The notes under the pieces are model-generated. The model saw nothing but the letters and a program-made list of their open reading frames with translations. It was not told the origin of the DNA and did no database searches. Of a DNA stretch of 64,000 nt, positions 1-10,727 are shown piece by piece. Origin of the DNA: Octopus vulgaris (taxonomy: Eukaryota); the NCBI GenBank assembly GCA_951406725.2, contig OX597828.1:11966001-12030000 (forward strand), read 5' to 3'. Each line of letters opens with the position of its first letter. The stretch's first letter is position 1. Position numbers and translations under genes: made by a program.

Positions 1-121
1 CACGGAAAATTGCAGCAAATTTTGATAAATGGATATAATAAATTTGTGTCTGGACCGTCTATGTCTTGAAGATAAAGTGTAGAAACGAGAAATAAAGAAA
101 GAAACAAACAAACAAACAAAC

Positions 122-125
<4 letters not shown>

Positions 126-203
<78 letters not shown>

Positions 204-208
204 TGATA
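126..208. repeat. (AGAT)n microsatellite
   Basis: Near-perfect GATA tetranucleotide run. Confidence 0.95.
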
Positions 209-577
209 GAGGTCGGTAGGTCGGTAGGTACTACAGAGATTAACGTATCACTGTGTATTTTTCAACTATGATGACAGCAGAGTAGCAATGAAGCAAGATG
301 GGATAGTATTTGTGAGCGTGCATCTAGTAAAATACTTTAATTTATATGAACCTGTCTCATATGACAGAGAAGCAATCTATTCTGTTAAAGGCAATAAATG
401 TGGAGAGAAATAAGAAAGCATGCAGGCGAAATCCACATCGTCTGTTGGGATTGCCAATCTGATGCCTGTCGCCCTATTGTTTTTGTTGGTGTTTATCTCC
501 AACAGAATATACCTATAATCAAAGAGGTTCCAAACAACCTTCATTTTTTTTTTTGGCGGCGGGGGAATTGTAACGGT

Positions 578-1518
578 ACGTGACTTTGTGGTTAACGTAT
601 TACGTTCACAATCGTAATGTCATCAGTTCCATTCCCGTCAGCGAGTTGGTCCTTGATCAGGACACATAATTTCACGTTGCTCCACTGCACTTAGCAAGCA
701 ACAAGGAGTTACACCTATTTCTTTACTACCCGCAAGAGGCTAAACACAGAGAGGACAAACAAGGACAGACAAACGGATTAAGTCGATTATATCGACCCCA
801 GTGCGTGACTGGTACTTATTTAATCGACCCCGAAAGGATGAAAGGCAAAGACTACCCCGACGGAATTTGAACTCAGAACGTAAGCAGCTGACGAAATACC
901 TATTTATTTAATACAAACAAGGGGCTAGACACAAAGAGAACAAACAAGGACAGACAAACGTGTTAAGTCGATTGTATCGAATCCAGTGCCTAACTGGTAC
1001 TTAAATTATCGACCCCGAAAGGATGAAAGGCAAAGTCGACCTCTGCGGAATTTGAACTCAGAACGTAACGGCAGACGAAATACCTATTTCTTTACTACCT
1101 TCAAGGGGCTAGACACAGAGAGGACAAACAAGAACAGACAAACGGATTAAGTCGATTATGTCGACCCCAGTGCGTAACTGGTACTTAATTTATCGACTCC
1201 GAAAGGATGAAAGGCAAAGTCGACCTCGGCGGAATTTGAACTAAGAACGTAACGATAGACGAAATACTGCAAAGCTTTTCGCCCGGCGTGCTAGCGTTTC
1301 TGCCAGCTCGTCGCCTTGCACGCAAAAATGAGTTGTACCTTTAACCCAAAGAACCAGGTTTGTCATATTCTGTGTCACGCTGAATCTCACCGAGAACTAC
1401 ATGAAGGATACGCGTGTTTGTTGAGCGCTCAGCCGCTTGCAATTTAATTTCAGGAGAAGGCTGTTCCGTTGATCAGATCAACTGGAACCATCATCAAAAT
1501 GACCGACGGAGTACCAGT
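578..1518 (+). mobile_element. Degenerate tRNA-derived SINE split by a nested Nin-SINE
   Basis: Decayed tRNA-like head (gtggttaa...agttccattccc) and core gtccttgatcaggacac. The 3' part (1320-1518) matches 36399-36580 in reverse complement. Confidence 0.65.
714..1317 (-). mobile_element. Nin/Deu-domain SINE with three tandem ~185-bp body units
   Basis: Minus strand reads ggcgacgagctggcagaaacgctagcacgccgggcg, then three repeats containing gcctttcatcctttcgg(g/a)gtcgat..aagtaccag. Same family at 14581 and 25338. Confidence 0.85.
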
Positions 1519-1729
1519 TTTTATTTTCGGATATCGCATATATCGACTATATTACCTGTTTGTATCTGTCTTTCAAGATAGCAGAGTGTAATTTGAGGGA
1601 AAATAAGGCTGACAGCTCACATGGCGAAGGATTGTTGTAGATCATACTTCGATATATTTGGTGCAACGGCCTGGTGTAAAGCATAAAATACATAAAGTTA
1701 CAGAGGGAGGTAATAAAGCAGAGACTGAA

Positions 1730-1905
1730 ATGCTTTCGGTATCTGCTGATGAGACACAATATGAGAAACGACACAAGGAAGGATGAGCAAATCGTATGAA
1801 TCTGGCTGGGAAAGAAATACATTTAAAGTAACTCGAAGAAACAGGAAGTACATTGCTGATCTAATGGGTGTAACCTTACGATCGGATCATTGAAGGTTTG
1901 TCATT
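1730..1905 (-). pseudogene. TLR-like remnant (end of LRR-CT plus TM)
   Basis: Minus translation gives RKVTPIRS / FKC / IHTICSSFLVSFLILCLISRYRKHF, a TM followed by YR. ICSSFLV closely matches ICCSSFLV in the 59.2-kb copy. Confidence 0.4.
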
Positions 1906-2764
1906 TTAAGGGGTGCGGTCCACCTGTTATTACTCCACTCCCAACTCAGTTGAACCAACTGACCTAATTATCAGAGATTTATACATTAGGGATTATATTG
2001 TCCAAAGAGTGACTGGTTCTAAAATAAGACATGATGCAATTTTGGCTGTTATTCTAAGAACTTCATGAGTCTCCCCCGTTCGCTCCATATGGTACAATTG
2101 CTGTTTGTTTCTCTCGTTACTGCTATTGTTGCTTTAGTTGTTTAACCCCCAGATCGACCCAGAAGTATGATCAAAGGGTTTCCATCCTTGAAAATTCCGT
2201 CTGTTTATGTATCAAGAACTATATTGTCCAATGAACTCATCATTCTAAGAAGTAGGTTGTGATCTGATGAGGATTTAGCTGCTATATCTAGCAAGTCGAA
2301 AGAGCACATGCAAAATCTCTCGTGCCTGACATCCGACAGTTTAATAATACTCCTTTGCTTTTTAACTTGCCTTAATCATCAAACCGCAACCATGCCGGAG
2401 CGCCTCCTTCTAGTGCATGCCAGAGAAAACTATACCAATACGTATTCTAAGTTGGGGCATATTCTGTCGGTATCTCTGGTCGAACCTCAAAGTTACAGAT
2501 ACATAAACAGACCAACACAGGATGTGGAGAAAAAACACAAAGAACGCACGCGCATGCGGTTCATACATATATACGCGTATCACTCCACATAATGTACGCA
2601 CTGGGTTACTTATACACATACACACAGGTCCACATAATTATACACATACACACAGGTCCACACAAATATATTCACGCATTCACCCGCATTTACAGCTACA
2701 CACTCATACACAACATTCGCACATACACACACGCGCTTGTACAACTTACTTCAACGGGACCACC

Positions 2765-2827
<63 letters not shown>

Positions 2828-2828
2828 G

Positions 2829-3313
2829 AGTGAGAGGGCAGTGCATGTCATCAAAGTGACACTGAGGTAAAATACACGAAGCCCAGTATACCCATCATGA
2901 CTACCTGTCTAATAAGGGTACACTAAGCACATGCATCGCAACCATATGTGCGCGACATGGTGATCTCATATCAAGATAAACAGCACATGATCTTGCAGGT
3001 GGGGCGCAGTTAGAATTTTCTTCTGGTCGAGTAACTCAACCTGCTCAAAGGGTCCCTGAATATGGGTTGTTTAAGGATATTGAACGAAATACCCATGTTT
3101 CCAGAGGTGAATTATTCAAACCCCAAAGAATCCCTCTCAACACAGATCTATGATGCTTCCCCACTACTTCTGCTCGTCTTCAGAGATGCACATATTGTCA
3201 GCCACTAAGGGACATGCTCAACTGGTTGAGGTCAAACAACTGACAAGCAAATCTGTGGATTTGAGCAGAATATTTGCTGTAGCCCATCTTTTACACCAAG
3301 ACAAAACAATATA

Positions 3314-3315
<2 letters not shown>
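2829..3315 (-). mobile_element. Interspersed repeat embedded in (TAA)n; probable 3' end of an R4/Dong-like LINE or its non-autonomous partner
   Basis: (ATT)n on both flanks. Paralogues at 21690-21860 and 57902-58130, the latter next to an R4-like coding fragment. Class and orientation are inferred. Confidence 0.55.
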
Positions 3316-3347
<32 letters not shown>

Positions 3348-3399
3348 ATTATTATAAATTATTATTATATCCCTTCCATTCAGCCTTTCTCTTCCTACC

Positions 3400-3605
3400 G
3401 TTTCACTATTCACATTTCTTTTCTCTCCCCGTTTTTATTTATTTTTTTATTTATTTACTTTCATTCTTTCCACGTTTTCTTTTTCCTCTGCCAAAGAGAG
3501 TAGGCTCGACACATTTTCTCCTTTCTTCCCGACCGTTAAACTAATACACCTTCTTGTTGTTTCCACACTTGTGTTCGTCTTTTTTTTTCTGTAAATTTGA
3601 ACTAT
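3400..3605 (+). mobile_element. Degenerate PLE pseudo-LTR with decayed HHR
   Basis: Aligns by eye to 52340-52505. ctgccaaagagagtaggctcgacac is a decayed form of ctgtagaagagcgtaggctcgaaac. Confidence 0.55.
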
Positions 3606-3619
3606 ACACATATATATAA

Positions 3620-3786
3620 GTGCAGGAGTGGCTGTGTTGTAAGAAGCTTGCTTACCAGCCACATGGTTCCGAGTTCAGTCTCACTGCGTGGCAACATGAG
3701 CATGGGTCTTCTACTACAGCCTTAGGCGCACCAAAGCCTTGTGAGTGGATTTGGTAGACGGACACTGAAAGAAGCCTATCGTATGT

Positions 3787-3866
<80 letters not shown>

Positions 3867-4093
3867 GTGTGTATGTATGTATTTATTTCTGAGTCTGTGT
3901 TTGTCCCCACTATGCCTTGACAACCAATGTTGGTGTGTTAACGTCCCTGTAACTGAGCAGTTCGGCAAAAGAAACTGATAGAATAAGTACTAGGCTTATA
4001 AAGAATAAGTCCTGGGGTTGATGTGTTCGACTAAATGCGGTGCTCCAGCATGGCCGCAATCAAATGACTGAAACAAGTAAAAGAATAAAAGAA
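3620..4093 (+). mobile_element. tRNA-derived CORE-like SINE (family A), full length
   Basis: A-box-like tggctgtgttgtaag, B-box-like gagttcagtctc, internal (TA)n(TG)n, tail gactgaaacaagtaaaagaat. More than 12 copies in the window. Confidence 0.9.
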
Positions 4094-4116
4094 TACACAC
4101 ACATATATATATTGGC

Positions 4117-4172
<56 letters not shown>

Positions 4173-4819
4173 GCATATACGGCAGGTTTCCATACAGTTT
4201 CTGTCAAGTCTTTACCAATTTTACTTACAACGCCTAAGTCGGTCCGGGGCTATAGTAGAAGAAATTTGCACAAGATAGGGCGTAGTGAGTTGGAACCCAA
4301 AACTACCTGGCTGCGAAATGAACTTCTAAACCTCATAAATGTACGACATATGCCTATGAATGTACGACATATTACTCTCCATTCACAGCTTATACTTGAA
4401 CATTTTCTGGTGTTCGACAAGTAACCCACTTCTGGGCTAGGTTTTGTCTATGTTATGGAAGTGATTTCACGGAGTTGCATTCCAGAGTGTGTCAGACTTA
4501 ACTTTCTTTATTTCAATACATAATAGTAGCGCTGTATTCTTATTAATGGTGGTATGTGTAAATATTACATAGTGGTAGTATCAATTGGGACGATGTCCTT
4601 GCATTTTCGTGATTTGCTCTTAGATTTCATGATGCCTGGAATGACGTGAATGAAGTGTCAATGACTCAGATGTAGATCAGTTGGTGGGGCGGGTTGAAAT
4701 AGTTGAGTAGGATACCAGAATGTTAATGTGGGGTGAAAGAAGTAGTGTAGAAAACCGTTCACTCTGCAGTGAAGCAGAACTGATAGAATAGAAATTAGAG
4801 ATATTTCTGTTCCTTTATG

Positions 4820-5750
4820 AGGCTTTGAACCGATCTCAGAAAATTTTCCCATGCTGCATGTAAAATACGGCGGCTATATTTTAATATTCTTGTCATTAAA
4901 AATACCCAGTGGTTAGGGCAGCGGACTCGCGGTCGGAGGATCGCGGTTTCGATTCCCAGATCGGGCGTTGTGTGTGTTTATTGAGCGAAAACAACTAAAA
5001 GCTAGGTCCACGAGCCTCCAACGGTGGGGGGGGCGTCCCCTGTTGTACACTTTCGCCACAACTTTCTCTTACTCTCTCTTCCTGTTTCTTGAGTAACGCT
5101 ACGATGGCCAGGTGTCCCGTCCAGCTGGGGGGGGGGACACATAAGCCAAAGAAACCAGCAAACTGGGCCCATGAGCCTGACTAGGCTTGAAAAGGGCGAT
5201 ATTTATCGTTTTTTTATGTCATTAAAATTATCGAGGCTGAACACATTCTGAGCGCAGGATGCGTCCAGGCTTAGCTGCGTCGTTAGAAAGTTTGTATCGT
5301 AATGACATGATTATAATTTCGGATTCAAAGTCACGGCACAATATCTTGAATAATACGATTCTATCAAAGCTTTCAATTGTTCAGAGAACAGAAGGAAGCT
5401 TTCTAGAATCTCATCGAATGGATCGTTCCTGATTTTCCGAATGACAGTTAAACTTCTGCCTAAATGAGTCCCACCAACTGAGCGTTGCGTGTCTTTAGTA
5501 GATTATAGTACATCTTTTTATTTGCTTATTTTATTTTATTGCACGAGTCTGAAGAAAGATTTGGGGTTGCCATGGTTCCCATAGGATCTCGAGACTAGAG
5601 TAAGCGGTACGATTAATATTCTCATTGGATGTGAAAGGGCATTCCATAGAGGTCGGTGTTCCGGATAAGATAAAGTAGGGGTAGTAGTTATTGTTTGTAT
5701 CAAGGATCTGTTCCAATATACACGAAAATATTCGGAGCCAAGTTTCACGT
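4820..5750 (-). pseudogene. TLR-like pseudogene (LRR-CT/TM/TIR) interrupted by a SINE
   Basis: Minus-strand motifs in order: SYPEHRPLW, ILIVPLTLVSRSY (TM-like), EQLKALIES, LFKILCRDFESEIII (RDF at 5335-5327), LRSEC, then WEN / F*DRFKAS (4841-4820, TIR box 3 with TGG>TGA). Confidence 0.55.
4902..5216 (+). mobile_element. Meta-type tRNA-derived SINE with TSD
   Basis: Head agtggttagggcagcggactcgcggtc...ggtttcgattccc and domain gctacgatggccaggtgtcccgtccag. 11-bp TSD tgtcattaaaa at 4891-4901 and 5217-5227. Confidence 0.85.
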
Positions 5751-6139
5751 CAGACGATTATTGTCTCTCACCACTTGTGGACGCTCTGACCTGAGCTTTT
5801 TCTTTCAATTAATCAATTAAAAATAGATGGATGTGCGTATTCCTGTACATACATATATGTATACATGCTACATTATAATGTACACATGTAAACACAGACA
5901 CACGCCAACATATGTGTGTGTGTGTGTGTGTGTTTTGTGTGTGCGTGTTTGTGTGTGTGTCTGTGTAGGTTGCATGGAGCTGAGAGCCAAACTATTTTTT
6001 AGTTAGTTATCAAATGATATATGCACATACATGTGTGCGTGTGTGTACAACTTTTCAAGCAGTTCAAAACCATCAAAAATATATTGGAAGTAATTTAAAA
6101 GATTGCTTAGTTAATATTCACATCACTAATTAGTATGCA

Positions 6140-6400
6140 CATGGCTTGTGGTTAGTGTGTTACATTCACGATCCAGCGAACGTGATTTCAAACCCTAGAT
6201 TGTGTGGCGTGTCGTGTCATTGAGTAAAACACTTCATCTTACGTTGTTCTGCAATCACTTCGACACCTGACGCGTGGTACACAGTACACCTGTTCAGAAA
6301 ACCTCCATTTGATGGAGAGAATTAGCTAATGTCGATAGGAACTTTTGATCACTATAAACAAATCATTCGTGCCGGTCGTTCGGCAAAGGCCTGAACATTC
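6140..6400 (+). mobile_element. Degenerate tRNA-derived SINE
   Basis: tggcttgtggttagtg head and gtgtcattgagtaaaacacttcat core, similar to 21295-21420 and 24300-24540. Confidence 0.6.
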
Positions 6401-6479
6401 ATACGCCTCCTTCGACGGGAGAATCCTTCGTATAAATAAATAAATAAATAAATAAATAGATAAATAAATAAATAAATAA

Positions 6480-6529
<50 letters not shown>

Positions 6530-6583
6530 CTATCAGTTTATATATCAATCTATACATACATATAAACATACATACATATATAC

Positions 6584-6657
<74 letters not shown>

Positions 6658-6691
6658 TTATCTAGCAGTTTATATATCAATCTATACATAG

Positions 6692-6729
<38 letters not shown>

Positions 6730-6899
6730 CATAAGGGGGATCAGCCATCTGAATGGCTAGGGTCAGGGCGGGGTGGTGGGGGTGTTACTGATGCATTTAG
6801 TCCCAGGCGATCGTCGACGTCACCAGAAGGGCTGACACCATCTCGGTGTCCTTGCCACCCTGCAAAGGGAGATCAGCCTCCCCGAAGATACGGATACTA

Positions 6900-6942
6900 C
6901 ATACGGACCGGTTTCGAGGTTATTGCCTCTTGTCAACGCATG
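6900..6942 (-). ncRNA. Minimal type I hammerhead ribozyme (U3-A8 variant)
   Basis: catgcg-TTGACAA-GAGG caataa CCTC-GAAAC cg GTC-cgtatg. Stems I and II pair, and stem III ACCGGT is palindromic. Confidence 0.8.
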
Positions 6943-7252
6943 GCAAGTACCGTTCTTCGTTGAGGGACTTTGCAGGCTGGCAAGGACACCGAGATGGTGT
7001 CAGCCCTTCTGGTGACGTCGACGATCGCCTGGGGCTAAATGCATCAGTAACACCCCCACCACCCCGCCCTGACCCTAGCCACATTCAGATGGCTGATCCC
7101 CCTTATGTTATAGAGCAGTTACTGTTTATATCTCGCTCAGAGATTTATTATTGTTTTCGAACGGATTTTCTACGCCAGTGACTGTGGTTACTGTGAAAAT
7201 CCCTATATATCCAGCCTGTAGAGGAAGTCCCTCAACGAAGAACGGTACTTGC

Positions 7253-7295
7253 CATGCGTTGGCAAGAGGCAATAACCTCGAAACCGGTCCGTATG
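7253..7295 (+). ncRNA. Hammerhead copy with A6G core mutation
   Basis: Same as 6900-6942 but the core reads TTGGCAA. Confidence 0.7.
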
Positions 7296-7509
7296 TAGTA
7301 TCCGTATCTTCGGGGAGGCTGATCTCCCTTTGCAGGCTGGCAAGGACACCGAGATGGTGTCAGCCCTTCTGGTGACGTCGATGATCGCCTGGGGCTAAAT
7401 GCATCAGTAACACCGCCACCACCCCGCCCTGATCCTAGCCACATTCAGATGGCTGATCCCCCTTATGTTATAGAGCAGTTACTGTTTATATCTCGCTCAG
7501 AGATTTATT

Positions 7510-7556
<47 letters not shown>

Positions 7557-7629
7557 TTATATATACATATACATATATATATATTGCACTCTCCTGTCTT
7601 TGAAAGAACATTTTCTTCACCCATTCCCT

Positions 7630-7855
7630 TCCGGTCATTCAATATGTGACCGCGTGTGTATCGTTGGCGATTTTTTCCTCCATCTTCCCTACCTTAGATC
7701 TTTCCTTTTCCTATGTTTCTGACGAAGAGCTGCGCTCGAAAAGTTAAAACCTCCTTCTTTTTTTTCTTTCCTGAGCGTCGAATAACACTATACTTGTTCC
7801 ACGTCCTCGCGCTGTTGCGTTTTCTCTTAGCGTTTTCATGTTTAGAAAACACTAT
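7630..7855 (+). mobile_element. PLE pLTR with HHR (7715-7750)
   Basis: gttt-CTGACGA-a-GAGC tgc GCTC-GAAA a GTT-aaaac. Paralogue at 55780-55980; lies between (TA)n tracts. Confidence 0.75.
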
Positions 7856-8097
7856 ATATATATATATATGTACGGATAGCATAATACATATTTTGTAGAA
7901 GACAGCTTAATTTAGAATATCAAAAACGAGTATAATGCAGATAAATTTACAGTTATTTGAAAGCTTGGACTTGATTACAGTTGTTGCGAAAATACTCTTA
8001 CTGCCATGGATCCGTTTAGAGTCATATATATATATATATATGTGTGCACAAATATACATACATATATATATATATGTATGTATATGTATGTATATAT

Positions 8098-8871
8098 ACT
8101 TTATTAAAAAAAGCAGCAAAATATCACAAAAACTGCTACTCAGAGTTTTACGTTCCTGTTCGTCGGAAAATTTTGTTTAGAATGGAACAAAATAAGGTTA
8201 TCTGTGTAAATATACAATTACTTAGGTAGACACATATTTTAAAAATGCTTTTGAGTCATCGGTCCTTTCAACTAACGGTTGAAGGTTATCTATTCTTGTT
8301 GCAAAAATTTCATCTCTTTTATTCATCAGCATAGCACAGAATTTATAACAAACAATCACAGTGCCGAATCTAATCTGAGAAACTGCAATTTCAAAGATAA
8401 AACTTAGTGTCCGTTTGAAGGTAAATGTTTTGAAAAAGGAATTTCTTATAGAGCTGAAGTGTCATCTATTTAGATGGCTCACAAGAATATAAAACTTACA
8501 CAGGGAGCTTCGAGTAATTCATTCAAGACTCGGTTTTATTCCCACCGAAATTCTTTCCGATAACCCGAGAAGAGAACAGCAACAAGCCTTGCAAACCATG
8601 TCTGGCAACTGAAGGAGAATGCCTCCCGCCCTTTCAATATTTGCTGGACTGTTTTGGAAAAAGCACCATCATACAAACATGGAGCTTATAGAAGACTTAT
8701 GAAATGTAATCTTTTATTGTCGCGTTTGAATTTGGCTTTACACCTTATATATAGTTATTTCTGTATTACAATGCTATTACATTGATTTTCTTTTCGTTTT
8801 CCTTCTCTCGCCTGTAACAACAAGCTTGTATAAGCATACACAAGGAGGTATTATGCGCGTGGATATGTATT

Positions 8872-8927
<56 letters not shown>

Positions 8928-9745
8928 TACCTACTTATATATATGTAAATATATATGCATATATGGGTACAGGACATAAAAAAAACGTTGAACACAATGA
9001 GAAGCGAAAGCATAAAATAAAAACATAGAAACAAACTTTTCTTTGAAACAACGAAAAAAACCCCAGAGAACTGAGACATACAACATACCTTTCTTCAGTT
9101 GTCCCTGTTTCATCTACTCCGCGTTTGTATGTATGTATATATGCATTTGTATATATTTATGTTTTGCCTATATTTGACTGTATATGTATGTAACCATGTA
9201 CCAACGCCTGTATGATTAATGTATATATGTATATATAGGTTGTTTGGTATGTGTATGTATTGCTAAATGTAGATGCATTTTAGGATGCGAGTTTTGTTTT
9301 TAAACGGATATATCTTTTAATTTATTTAAGTTTGTTATTATTTTTTACCAGTAATTTTTAACCCTGGGTATTCAGTTGTTTTTTTCCTTCTACATAAGAT
9401 TTTTTTTGATTTAAGGTTATCTTCCATTTTTATAATAATATGATTTTAAACCGCAACTGTAATTTCATGTAACCGGTTATTGAAAATCCCGTTAGTTAAA
9501 AGGACCAATGAAACAAAACCATTTTCAAATGTGTATCTCTGTAAGTAATTGTATATTTATGCATATATCCTTATTTTGTTCCATTCTAAACAAAACTGTC
9601 CGACGAAGGGGAATGTGAAACTCTGAGTAACAGTTTTTGTGATATTTTTGCTGATTTTTTAATAAAACATATTACTCTACCTCCGATATTCGAGCGAGTA
9701 CTATTTTTTCCACCTTGTTTCGCATTTATGTGCTTATTCTGGTGT
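8098..9745 (+). mobile_element. 5'-truncated Penelope-like element (Naiad-like GIY-YIG) with inverted 5' pLTR
   Basis: 8275-8690 translates to LKVIYSCCKNF..IHQH...NCNFKDKT*CPFEGKCFEKGISYRAEV...TYTG..SNSFKTRFYSHRNSF...ATSLANHVWQLKE...ICWTVLEKAPSY. 8101-8224 is the reverse complement of 9542-9665, which holds an HHR-like CCGACGA...GAAACTCTGAGTA. Confidence 0.8.
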
Positions 9746-9761
9746 ATATATATATACTATA

Positions 9762-10148
9762 TTATAGAGACTTAGTAATTTTAATATTTCTATTATTGAA
9801 AACAAGTGGATGTATTCCACTGAAACTAGGTAAATAGAAACCTTCGAACAGAGACGTCAGTGGCGACACCTGCGGGTCTGACTGCGCTACATTGACGAGG
9901 GGCAATACCCCGAAACGCGTCTGTAGCTGTCGGACTGGCAGTGTGAAGCGGCTGACCTCCCTTGTTCGAAGGTTATAATGGATACAGATCGTGTATCAAT
10001 AGCTATCTTGATGGCTGTGGCCTCATGGAGCTGACCAGCGGCAGCGATTATTCTTATATCTATAAGAATGCCAGATTAATATGGCGATAACAATTAATTT
10101 CCAGTAAACGCTGCCGTAATCTCTTTTATAGAGTCTTAGTAATTTTAA

Positions 10149-10153
<5 letters not shown>
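9762..10153 (+). mobile_element. 364-bp HHR unit with 28-bp terminal redundancy in (TA)n
   Basis: ttatagag(a/t)cttagtaattttaatattt at 9762-9789 and 10126-10153, with a central HHR. Confidence 0.75.
9886..9927 (+). ncRNA. Minimal type I hammerhead ribozyme
   Basis: gctaca-TTGACGA-GGGG caata CCCC-GAAAC gc GTC-tgtagc. Perfect 6-bp stem I and palindromic ACGCGT stem III. Confidence 0.85.
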
Positions 10154-10227
<74 letters not shown>

Positions 10228-10610
10228 TTGTGAAACCTCGTTTCCTTGCCGTAAGGCTTCATTTCCACACACGCCAGTTTAATTTAAGACACCTGTTGTT
10301 ATGTCATGTTATTATTTTTATTGTATTTGTGTAACCTTGTCCGTTTTTTCCGTTCTTATTTTTGTACACATTCGCTGCTTTCTTCCAAGGAATATGATGC
10401 TCTTACCGTAGTTTTTCTTTGGGCTGGCTAGATTGGAGCTATCTCAAGTATAATCACCCGAAACTTAGAAGATATTCTGGTACTTGACTGAGGAAAGAAA
10501 ATTTCGAATGACCCGTCGTTGTTTTCTTTGTATCGTTTATCTGGATGTTTTTGTCCCATTTTTGTATCACCTAACTGCCCGAATGTTTTGCGTACTTGTC
10601 TCATTTTGTA

Positions 10611-10665
<55 letters not shown>

Positions 10666-10675
10666 GTGTATATAA

Positions 10676-10727
<52 letters not shown>

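Larger units (their letters stand above)
6725..7513. mobile_element. HHR-bearing PLE pLTR / retrozyme-like insertion: inverted segment plus 1.5 tandem 360-bp units in (TA)n
   Basis: 6725-6970 is the reverse complement of ~7225-7472, and 6969-7153 repeats at 7329-7513. (TA)n on both sides, GC-rich, no real ORF. Confidence 0.85.

Noticed and set aside
714-1270. CRISPR-like or satellite array
   Set aside because: The units are contiguous SINE bodies without unique spacers, in a eukaryotic context.
1747-2290. CTGATGA motifs at ~1747 and ~2264 as hammerheads
   Set aside because: No stem II or stem I pairing. The same applies to the motif near 63608 inside the hAT coding sequence.
4902-4965. tRNA genes at SINE heads
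   Set aside because: A/B boxes are present but there is no complete cloverleaf, and each continues into a SINE body.
10228-10612. Possible HHR (ctgaggaaagaaaatttcgaatgacccgtc) in a (TA)n-flanked insert
   Set aside because: GAAA and the stems are too degenerate to call, although the insert may be a PLE end.
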